The notes below the pieces were generated by a model that was given only the letters and a program-made list of their open reading frames with translations, was not told the DNA's origin and did not search any database. The translations under genes and the position numbers were made by a program. Positions 10,301-20,949 of a stretch of DNA of 64,000 nt are shown here, piece after piece. Source of the stretch: Takakia lepidozioides (lineage: Eukaryota; Plantae; Bryophyta); the NCBI GenBank assembly GCA_030704615.1, contig CM060732.1, positions 15,624,001 to 15,688,000 on the forward strand, in the 5' to 3' direction. Positions within the stretch are counted from its first letter, which is position 1; the number at the start of each line of letters is the position of its first letter.

Positions 10301-12093
10301 CAAGCTTTGACTTGTATTTGGTTCTGGACTTGACACCGGCTTCCTTCAAGTGCTCAGTCAATGACTGCAACGTTTTGACCTGCCCCTCACTTTCCATGAA
10401 GAAGCGTTTGGCATGGGCCAAATCCAGCTTGATGTTTGACTGCCAACAAAAACATGCAGAAGCGTTACATTCGATTCATGTGGAAAGATTACTGGAAATT
10501 GGGGAAGGATGAGCAGAGGGAAATTGGAGGACGACTTACTTCGTATATCACCTCCACCATTCCATCCATAGTGAGACGATACCATGTCCGGTCTGTTTTT
10601 GCAACGGCTTTCTGAATGAGCTCGGGCTCCAGCATTTCCGCAAACATCTGCGGATCAGTGAGACCAGTTTTCCTCACCCTGTACAGCATATGTGCCATGT
10701 GGGTATGCACGTACGCATTCTCAGTGACCCTGCAAGGCACACTCTCCAGTTCAGTACACGGAAGCACGGAAACAAACCAGAATGGAACCGAAATGCGGCA
10801 CCGCATTTTGAACGTGCTAGGGAGGGTATGAGTATCTTACGAGTTGAGGTCCGCCATGGCATTCTTGAGTAGGGAGGAGTCTGCCGCCTTCACCTTAGGA
10901 TGACACACTCCACCATGTAATGCCAGCCAATGTGCTTGGCATGGTTCTGCTTGATGTACTCCCACCAGGCAAGAAGTCGGTGATTCCCGTCCCACACAAA
11001 GAACATTTTACCCGACATATGGCCGAAGTCTGGATCACCCTTCAGCGTCGCCTCGAATTCGTCGTTGCGAGTGTGCCAGTGGGTATCCCACGTTGACAAT
11101 TCATCGGCAGTGGGTCCATGAGTTTCGCCGTCCTCATTCTCAATGGAAACGTAAAACGCTGCCGATCCCAGACGGTACCCTTCTCGAAATGCAACTTGAG
11201 CTTATCCACATCCCGGGAAGGGCCTGCCTGACGATGGGAAGGGAGACCATGCGACAGAGTGGGATTCGAAGAGTCCGTTGGAATACCCTACTGCCCAGAA
11301 CTCTGCCAATGCTACTGTGTGTCTCCTCCAACATTTTATCCGCTGCACTTTTGAAATCCTCCGGAGACATGTCTGTAGGTGCCGGTAGTGGCTGAGCAGC
11401 TGGAGCATCCTCAACTGGAGCTGCACTCTGGGGCCTGTTTGCAGGCAATTCTGCCATTGCAGAGGCCTCCTCCGGGCCTGCTTGCTCATCGGTGGTGAGG
11501 TCTTGCTGCGAACGTTCAACGGCAGCACCCTCCTCCGGTACCAAATCTCCAAAAACGGTCGATCCCATTGCCTTCGCTGCAGCAGAGACGGCCCCAACAT
11601 CTGCAGGCGGGAAATCCTCCAGGAACTGAGCTTCAGCTCGTGGAAGCGGTTTTGCGGGAGATTGTTCGGCCGTCGCCCTGATTGCCTTCTGCTTCCTCAT
11701 CCTTGCAGGTGAAGGTGTCTGCTGCAATTGAATCTGTCTTTTACCCTGCTGCTTCATTCGCATTGGGGGGGGTGGATCGGCCTGAGCCGGTTCAGAAACC
11801 AGTAAAGGGACGGGCTGCTTCTTCTTCGACTTTGCTGGAGAAGGGCCCGACCCCTGCTGGCGATTCTGCATGACCGAAGAACGCGAGTCGATCTCTGGGG
11901 CTTTGAACTTGCCCTTTGAAGCCGCGTCTTTGAAACGCACAGGGCTAGGCTCGGCAGGAATACCCGCGCTCGGGGATCGGGTGGGTGTACGTGCTGCAGC
12001 TAGCTCCACGGACTCTTCCTGCGGCTCTTCGGATTCCTGCGATCCCTCCAGCACGTCCACCTTTCCTGTTAGGCATGCAAACATGTTCTGCAT
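7308..12093 (-). CDS. Multi-exon ParB/Srx-like domain + beta-class N6A/N4C DNA methyltransferase-fold protein (element A); frameshifts present
   Basis: In order: low-complexity N-terminus; RIPLCRMVSLPIVR...MFFVWDGNHRLLAW (ParB/Srx DGxHR motif, ~10890-11260); conserved middle region; DMIILDIPDG...PSWN (motif IV-like, ~8590-8670); RSPAFIQTIMETCTDVEGTVLDLICGTG (motif X/I, ~8035-8120); GASMWAGRFSDRHLFAYEED. GT-AG introns at ~10730-10840, ~9509-9655 and 8298-8392. Confidence 0.75.
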
Positions 12094-12669
12094 TCAAGTC
12101 TCTAGCATTCAGTCTAAGAATTACAGAAGCAAAATGGGGGTTCGGTGCTCGATCAGCTGCGCGCAGCCCGATCGCATGGAGCTCTCACTGGTGGCTGGGT
12201 TGCCTGAGTGGCCTGCTGCTCGGAGATGGCAATCTCCTCATGTAGACGCATCTGCTTCCTCCCCTTCGGCATTGGCCTACGTCCGAAGTATAATTTTCGG
12301 AGCTTGCGACGAGGTCTCCTGTCTTGTGCACGAACTCCCCCCCTCTCAGGTTCGAGCATAAGAAGAACAGAGACAGGGAAAAGGGGCAAAGAGTGCAGAT
12401 GGAAAGGGCGCGAGAGGGGTGACTGAGGAGACACGACAAAAGTAGATGAAACGGCGGTGATGCACCACTTGGGTTCGAAAGGGTTGGACGAAAGTGTCTC
12501 CTCGTGGACTTTGCGTCATTACGAAATTCGAATCGTTCAGGGTACGCCTGCCGTCCGAAAAACAAACATCATTATCCAACGGTCAGGCCGCGCCGCCTCA
12601 TGCCCCTTCAGTCAGATAGAGTGCCGACATGTGCAGCAATTCCGTTGCTCCACGTGTTCACATTTCAAG

Positions 12670-14112
12670 GCATTTCCGTCCCAGCGTCTGATGAGTTGGA
12701 GTGAAATGCGAATGCGGCGCCGCATTTCCGTTAAGTACCATCACGAAGCTACACATCCGTACTTGTTGGAAGAAAATGCGGCACCGCATTTCCGTTCCAC
12801 CTTCACATACCTTAGTTGTTGAACGGAAATACGGTGCCGCATTTCCGTCCCACAGCTCCATGTATGAGATACAAAAGGGAAATGCGGCGCCGCATTTCCG
12901 TTCTGGAATGTCGAAAGGTGCGATTCGGACGGAAATGAGGCACAACATTTCAGTTCCGTGGTTCATGATTTTCAATGTGAACGGAAATGCGGTACCGCAT
13001 TTCCGTTCCCCCTTCACATACCTTAGTTGATGAACGGAAATGCCGTGCCACATTTCCGTTCGGGAAAGTATAGAGGTCTCACCTGAACAGAAATGCGGTG
13101 CCGCATTTCCGGTCTGGAAAGTTTGAAGGTCTCACATGGATGGAAATGCGGCACCACATTTCCGTCCCACAGCTCCAGGCCTCATATGGAAAAACGGAAA
13201 TGCGGCGCCGCATTTCCGTTCTAGAATGTCGGAAGGTGCGACTCGGACGGAAATGCGGTGCCGCATTTCTGTTCCCGTTGCTCACGATTTTCAGTCAGAA
13301 CGGAAATGCGGTACCGCATTTCCGTTCTGTAGAGTATTAAGGTCTGACCCTGGCGGAAATGCTGTGCCGCATTTGTCCACAGCTCCATGCCTCACATACA
13401 AAACGGAAATGCGGCGCCGCATTTCCGTTTTGGAATGTCGGAAGGTGCGACTCCGACGGAAATGCGGTACCGCATTTCCGTTATGGATAGTATGAAGTAG
13501 CGGGTCGGAATTGCGCTGTCTCAAGCGGTCGGAATCGCACTCGGCTCCATGCATCAGATACAAAATGGAAATGCGGCGCCGCATTTCCGTTCTGGAATGT
13601 CGGAAAGTGCGACTCGGACAGGAAATGCGGTGCCGCATTCTGTTCCCGTTGTTCATAATTTCAATCAGAACGGAAATGCGGTACCGCATTTCCGTTCCAC
13701 CTTCACATACCGTGCTTGTTGGATGGAAATGCGGTTACCGCATTTCCGTTCTGGAGAGTATGAATGTCTTTTAAGGACGGAAATGTGCTGCAGCATTTCT
13801 ATCCCTCAGCTCCATGCATCAGATACAAAATGGAAATGCGGCGCCGCATTTCCGTTCTGGAATGTCGGAAAAGTGCGACTCGGACGGAAATGCGGTGCCG
13901 CATTTCTGTTCCCGTTGTTCATAATTCTCAATCAGAACGGAAATGCGGTACCGCATTTCCGTTCCACCTTCACATACCGTGCTTGCTGGATGGAAATGCG
14001 TTACCGCATTTCCGTTCTGGAGAGTATAAAGTTTTCCCCCCGGTGCCGCATTTCCGTCGCTCTGGTGCATGACCAAGATGCAATACGGAAATGCGGCGCC
14101 GTATTTCCGTCC
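12670..14112. repeat. Palindrome array 2 of element A (between the divergent genes)
   Basis: More than 20 copies of (C)GGAAATGCGGYRCCGCATTTCC(G) at ~45-65 bp spacing, organised into higher-order units. A ~267-bp unit marked by CTTCACATACCGTGC occurs at 13701 and 13968. Confidence 0.9.
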
Positions 14113-14524
14113 ACCAGCAATCGAAAGAATCACTCGGACGGGAAATCTGGAACCTCAATGGGTTGCATTGTTCCGAAACAACACAATTGCGGCCAGTCTT
14201 GATGAGCACAACTTGGTTGTCTGACCGTTTTAACTAACAGTACTGGCACTTGTCAGTGCGAACGTTCCTGTCTGCACCGAGAATACTGCTGGATCCACCC
14301 TCAGGAGAAACTGTCAGGAGATGTTATTTCGTCGCCGAATCGGCCATCATTGTCATACTTACTGGCTATGGAATCAAACCTCCCACCTTCATGCATGTAG
14401 CTTGAAACAATACTTTCCACTTCAATGTGCGACTTCCAATCGTCGATGGACTCCGCATGGTGCCTGTGAGCCTTGGTCTGTCGCTATACTGAACCTCGCA
14501 CTTGCCAACTTCGTGCGGTGTTCG

Positions 14525-17500
14525 ATGGCTCCGAATTCCTACGCTATAGTTTGCTGTCCTCCGCAACTTGGGAGAGCCTGGATCCCAAACGAGGGAGGAC
14601 TTTGCAGAGTGACTGAAACTTACCTTTGTTCCAAATTCAAGCTCAAACCGGGCACAGTTTATTTGGAAGAAGAAAGGAAGGATGTTCCTGGACAGGTTGA
14701 CGAGACCATTGTCGTGCTAGGTAACGACGGAGGTTGCGGAATCGAATGGCACGTACCCCCATCAGACACCATCCTGTACCGAGCTGTGGGAATGCCCATT
14801 CCCTTTCCGAATCAGTCGCTGCCCACACCATCCACAAAGGAGTCCGGAAACCGACAGGCGGCCACTGCCAACAGAGAGGTATGCAACGATAATCATTCCC
14901 GACCTGGACCGTCAAGACCCTCCATAGCTTCTCGTGTGGACGTATTCGACATTTCCGACGAGGAAGATGATTGCATTGAGGTACCCATGTCCTCCACACG
15001 GTCGTTCAAATCCGGCATGGACGTCTCTGTAGGTGCTACGCATGTGCCCTCGAGCATAACTCCAACCCGGTCCATTGTGCAGCTCCTACGACAACATCAC
15101 CTCGATGGTTCTCGCTCCGAGCTGGCTGCTCTCGACTATGCCAAATTCCCAGTCAGAAAGGTAACGTTTCTGCCTCCCGAAGTCGATGGCAATGTCATCT
15201 TCGAGTTTCCACCTGTTTCTTCGTCAAACAAAGCCTCCGGGATGTTAACAGACATGGATCGAAAGCATGACGGACACCCCTGGTGTGTGACGAAGACCAG
15301 TAGCACGAAAATTGCTGATGGTGTTCGTGTACGATATGTCCTCTGTGCGGGGAAGCTGAGGTGCCTCAATCCCACCTGCTTCCACTTTCTCTCCAAAGGA
15401 GGGCGGAGAAACGAGACGGATTGGACTGGCACAACGCATCATCCATTCATTGTCTCCAGCCAAGCTCCTGCGGGTTCTTTCAAGTGTGCACATTGCAAAG
15501 AACCACCGACGTGCATGTCCATGTGCAGAGCCAAGCAATATTACGTAATCCATTTGCTCCCGGACTTGACTAGAGCTTGCATACACGTTGGGGTCCACTG
15601 CCACCCCTTGGCGAGAGGCAACATGCGTGAGGCTGCAGGAAGCACACGACATCATAAAAGAGGAGGTGAAATTGAGCCCCGGAGCCAGACCAAAGCAGAT
15701 TCAGCTGAAGGCAGCCCACAAGATTGCTCTTGGCAAAATCATGTCTGAAGATGGTTCCGACCGAGAGCCCTTGACCGAAGACGAGATGCGTGACCTCTTG
15801 GAGTCCGTCTCGCACGTTTGTAGTCCGAATGTGCGGAATCACATCGTATCTTGCAAGCAGGAGTTCGGCAGGGGGTCGGACATGTACTCAATCCTGGAGG
15901 TGAAACGAATGACTGGATATGACTACATCCAAGGTAGCAGGTTTCCAGGGCAAGGCAGCGAATCCGATCGTTGTTACATTTTCAAAATGTCGACGTGTGG
16001 GCCTGGGAGTGGAGTCGACTTGGTCACTCGCATGACAACTGGAAACTTGTCGAATGCTTGGGTGATGTTTGATCACATCAAGCGAATTACAAACCATCAG
16101 TGGGTGACTATGGGTGCGCATGTTTATGACTATCACTCCAAGAGGCTCATGACGATTGCAATCTGCGAGATGAAAGGGGAGGACACACAGTCCGAGATGC
16201 ATCTGTGGGAGGGCATAAACGAGCAGATGGCAAGGGCGGGATTGCCAGAGCCCAATTTCAGGGGATTCATGGCAGACAACGCTCAGGCCAACTGGGCAGC
16301 GGTGCGGCGTGTGTACGGTGAGGACCCCAATGTTCCAATGGAGGGGAAAGAGAGATCCTGTGGATTCCATTGGATGCAGAGTCTATCCCACTACACTACC
16401 AAATTTGTTGCTAGCTCATTCCAGGCTGAACACCGTGTCCTTTGTACGGCGTGGAAGGATGCACCCACATTTGATGACGCGGAGGTTAAGTTTGCTATCA
16501 TCGAGGCTTGGTGGAACACGTCAGGTGCAGTGGAGACAACCAATCTGGGAGCATTGCACAGCTGGTTGGGGTGGTGGCATTTTGGTATCGACAGTTCGGA
16601 CAGTACATGCGGGAGGTAGGCTGCTGTCATTTTCGTTCATTTGTCTTTCTGTTACGGACATTTCGATTGGTCCCTCACCATTGTTTGTGTCCTTCTAGGA
16701 GCGGTGCTTGGATTCCGACACGGACATGCCGAACACGAATATGGCAGAATCGGTCCACTCCTCCTGGCGAGCGTCTTCTGCCGCACATCTGGTGGACGTA
16801 GTGACGGCCACAACGGAGGACATCGACAGAGCAATCATGCAGCAAGCCACGTACTACAAGTTCCTGAGCGGCAAACAATGGGGCTTTGGGCCGGACAGGG
16901 AGGAATTGTTGGTACGAATAGCTTCGAGGTCCAAGAATCCACTGAAATGGGCGACACCATTGCGAGAGAAGATCAAAGGGACGCCTCTGCACCGCAGAGG
17001 TGAACACCTAGAGGGGGACGTCCGGACTCGCCCTGTCAGGCGGAGGATTGAAGAGGAACCCGGGTGCGAAGAGGATTCCTGGAGATCCGACAGGAACATT
17101 CGGACAGCACCTCGAGGTCCCGTCATGTTGCCGCACAATGTGTCTTCCAGCAGTGGAAGCCCAAGAAATTCCAGATCGCCGTCGCCTTCAACCGGGGATT
17201 TCGTGCAAAAAATTCCCACCGCTCCCTTGCCCCAGATTCCGCCCGCTGTTATGCAGTATGGCCAAGCCATTATGGAGACGACTGTGTCTGCTCACAGTGG
17301 AGAATTGCTCGCACAAAGCCGTCGTTTTGAGGAAGGTGTTCCGCAATTCGTGTGGATACACGGCAACGTTGTTTAGAGATGATAAGGAGGAATCCAGATG
17401 GGGCTGTCCCTGCTCCTACTTTTACAGGAAGATTTGTCCATGCAAAGTTTGCGGAGGGCGACAACCACCCAGTTCTGGTTCTGCAGGAGGACATTATGAC

Positions 17501-18128
17501 TTGCGTGTATGGAAAGCCCAAGTACGACATACAAACAATGCCAGAGGCTCCCCCGGTGTGGCCGGTGGAACCAGGCTGCGATCTGAGTCAGGTTGAGGCC
17601 GACGCCCTTACCGCCGCAGGATTTCGGATGGTGCAGCGCACTGACGTCCCCAGAGAACCATTTCCGCTTCCACAGCCTCCACCACCGACCCCTGTGAGAG
17701 CAAGAACAATGGGACACGACAGCTCTAAGCATCCTACACACCGTTGGGGGAAACCGAAGAGGCGGCGACCTCCCTCAAAAGTGAACGAGACAAGGATGGG
17801 GAATGCACTTCGGATGAACTGTACAATCCAGAGCTCGACAGAAGTGCCCCCACCAGGATCCGGGCGTGTGTATCAGATGGCCACGGCGGGCTCAGCTGTT
17901 CGCAATGAGGTGTACACCATCACCATTTCAGAATTACCCACCTGCAATTGCACCGACTTCCAGATCATGGCGAACAAGGGGGCATCATACTGCCCTTGCA
18001 AGCATTTGTACTACGTGTACCTAAAGAGACTCCGTTGTAATTCCACAACTCAACACTTCATACATGCACCAGGGTTGAGCCCGCAGGAGGTTCACACTCT
18101 TCTGAATATGGATCCAGGGGACCAGTGA
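14525..18128 (+). CDS. Mutator-type transposase: GCM-like Zn domain + DDE core + SWIM finger (element A); small frameshifts
   Basis: KHDGHPW...C.G.L.C.NP.C...C..C....C...HxGxHxH (GCM/WRKY-like). D1 in MFDHIKR; D2 in FMADNAQANWAAVRRVY; CGFH (CxxH); E in TNMAESVH; SWIM CNCTDF...CKH. Phase-0 intron at 16616-16698. Frameshifts at ~15635, ~16583 and ~17292. Confidence 0.85.
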
Positions 18129-18714
18129 GCTTGGCTTGCGGTCCCAATACAATGGTACGCCCATCCTTTTCGGATAGTAGAACTGTACTGCTGCCAGTAC
18201 CTCAGACTCTGGCCACAGAAAGGTCCGACATATGTCTTGCCTACCAGTAACCTGTTTTGCTCGAACTAAGATATTACTATATCGTTCACTTGTTTCCACG
18301 TGCATGTATTTTTGTATGTTGGAGGGTTCATGTTTTTCTGCTTTCCGAAAACTTGCTTTCCTCATTCGACCTCCGACAAGGAAATGCGGCGCCGCATTTC
18401 CAAGTATCGTCGTAGGTACTGGTAGAGGCGGCCTTCCCCAACACCAAACCGCTCCGAAATTTCGCACGTGCGAACCCTAATGCGGCACCTTATTTCCCAG
18501 TTCAGTTGCAAACCTTTCCCGCCGAATACCCGAAGAAGACAGAATTGTGAAGTACTGCAGACTGTATTGGTGCAGACTCCATTGGTTCAATCGCGGCAAA
18601 AGGGTCAGCTTCATTCCAATGTTAAGGCATGTAAAACCGCGGAATACTCTATACAGGCCAGTATGCGACGTCCTTTTGCAGTGGTATACTGGATTTCCCG
18701 TTGCACGGTCACTT

Positions 18715-18974
18715 ATTTCCATGAGCGGATCTATAAAACCATGAGCGGACTTGTTACTGACGACATATCTTCGCCGCATTACATGATCTGGAACGTCCAA
18801 AAACGGCAAGGTCAAATAAAAAAACTATTATTTTAATACTTGTTTAATCTGCCGCATTTCCAAATTTGGAGGAGTCCGCTCATGAAATCCGCGTATCTTA
18901 GACTTCGGCTCACCGCTCATGCGGCTCATGGCTCATGGCTCATGGTTTCTGCTCATGAAATAATAAACCTCTCC
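18715..18974 (-). repeat. Right terminus of element A: GCTCATG repeats plus short TIR
   Basis: CCGCTCATGCGGCTCATGGCTCATGGCTCATGG...GCTCATGAAATAATAAACCTCTCC is the inverted counterpart of 3793-3846. Confidence 0.7.
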
Positions 18975-19380
18975 ACACATATGAAATTAGTTCAAAATTT
19001 GTTCCAAATTGACAGACGAATGCACACACGATTGGACAGACGAATGGACAGACAAATGAAAAAAAGATGAAAAGACGGTAATAACGGCATTTGTCAGACT
19101 CTGCAACCCTCACGCTTACCAAAATCTTAAAATAGATTCGAAGCCGCAAAACCTTAACCCACGCCCCAAACGCACATGTGACCACCCACGTGGCACGCGG
19201 AGGCAGTTGTTTCAACCGCAATCTGCCAGAGGACACAATGGTGTACCTACGGATTCGTCACACATTATAATCATTGTCTCATAATGAGCCGTCCACAATT
19301 ACTTTCGGCAGTTAGCCGCTAGGCGTCAATATTCCCTGACAACACTCGCATGTGCCATGTGACATACGGCTTTAAGGATA

Positions 19381-19494
19381 GTAGATGGCCCTCGTGTCGG
19401 GCATTCCTCAATTTAAGGTCATTGCGCCCAGGGCTGGAGCCAGAGGGAATGCCCATTTATCGAGGAATGCCCGACACGAGGGGCCCATCCCTAC
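19381..19494. repeat. Small hairpin / MITE-like insert (mirror copy at 27799-27913)
   Basis: ATGGCCCTCGTGTCGGGCATTCCTC ... GAGGAATGCCCGACACGAGGGGCCCAT, ~25-bp arms. Confidence 0.75.
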
Positions 19495-20949
19495 ATTAAA
19501 CATGTGCAAGAAAGCAAGGCATGGCACTGCATTACGCACATCTGTAATGCACCACCCTCGCTGTCCAATGCATTACGCCGGCGTGTAATGCCCCGCCATG
19601 CCCAAGTGATTTATTCACTGTAACAGCACGATAAATAGACACAGAAAAATCTCAAAGTGCTTTATGGTTCACCTCCGGATTCCTCCCAACTTATAATGAT
19701 CGATTGTTAATGTGCAGTCCAGAATTAGTTGTGGCGGTTAGCCGCCTGACTTCATTTCTCCCTGCCACTTGTCAGAATTGGCATCCTTCACGCTTATTCC
19801 AGAGTCTGCTGTCAGAGCCGCACGATAATGATGCCAGAACTAACGTACAAGTACGACAAAATTCAGTATGATCGCGGCCGTTATAATTGTTGTATAATTA
19901 ATGTGACCATGGCTGCTGTCAATACATGAAAAACTGTGCACACATTCAATGAAACCTAGATTTCCCGAGTAGAAATCAGCCGTTCGATTCCGCCTTAATC
20001 CATGGTGGCCACAATCGATCCGGGAGAGAAATCATCCGACACTGCCATTGGAGCGATTCAAGATGAAAGTTACTTGTCACCTCTATATAACGTCCGACTC
20101 CACACACCACCAACTTCCCTCTGCGAACCTCTCACTTGCTTCTTTCTCTCGCGCACCTCTCTGGACAACGTGCACCTCTTTGTCTATCCTGCACCACTGT
20201 GGCCATAGGGTACTTCTGAAGCAGCCTCTGCATCTCTCTCTGCTTCCGTAGTCTCGGGTGTCAACTGTACATTTCTCACGTAGGATAATATGATACTCAA
20301 TTTTTTTGTGTACTCTCCATGTGCACCAGCTACACTTACTTTCGTTTGTCTAAAGTTAGTCCTAAACCTCCATTGGGCAGTCGCCACATTATTATTCATC
20401 CATCCCAAGAATCATTTTCTCATCTACAAAGGGCCTCTTCATTATCCATTGTTCATCCATGTGGTTGATTTCATCAACAAATATCATCCACCCTCCACTG
20501 TCCAGTGGAGGTTGGCATTTGTGACTCCTTCTGACAGATCATATAGATGTAGTCACATTGTGCTATAGTCCGCCCTCATACTCCACTTCAATTCCAAGTG
20601 TCTTTCATAAGTCTCGGGATAGATCCATACATTGACTTTACCTTTTAAATCCATAGTGATTTTCTCATTCAAATCCGTCGAAAAAGTTCTCCTTCAACTC
20701 TTCCTTTCGGTGGGACAACGTTCTTTCGTTCAGTTTAACTTCCCTCCCGTAATCCGATTTTATTGAACCTCCACTGTCTAGTGGAGGTTACTAAATTCAT
20801 GGGGTTCCAAGTTGGCCAAAGGGTGTTTCTGTCACTTCCTGGATCTCCGTCAGTGGTTGCCTCAGGAGATTGCCAAAATGTCTCTGGGGAAAGAACTTGC
20901 CACGGACACCACTTGTGATCGTCTACCATTTCAGTTATCTTGATCTTTT

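Larger units (their letters stand above)
3793..18974. mobile_element. Element A: ~15.2 kb Mutator-like DNA transposon carrying a ParB-MTase gene and a GCM/DDE/SWIM transposase
   Basis: Left end GGGGGGGGCTGCTATTTCATGAGC plus ATGAGCC repeats. Right end (reverse complement) GGAGAGGTTTATTATTTCATGAGC plus ATGAGCC repeats. Contains a MULE transposase. No TSD found, so exact ends are approximate. Confidence 0.75.

Noticed and set aside
7308-12093. Bacterial or phage contamination as the source of the ParB-MTase gene
   Set aside because: The gene has GT-AG introns at homologous positions in two elements and is embedded in MULEs among plant retrotransposons.
6195-14112. CRISPR array interpretation of the 22-bp palindromic repeats
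   Set aside because: Spacing is irregular, spacers themselves repeat in higher-order units, there are no cas genes, and the context is a eukaryotic TE.
12658-14209. Many short ORFs with GNAAPHFR / EMRRRISV / KCGAAFP motifs (also at 6083-7154 and 32724-34404)
   Set aside because: These are six-frame translations of the DNA palindrome, appearing on both strands and in all frames.
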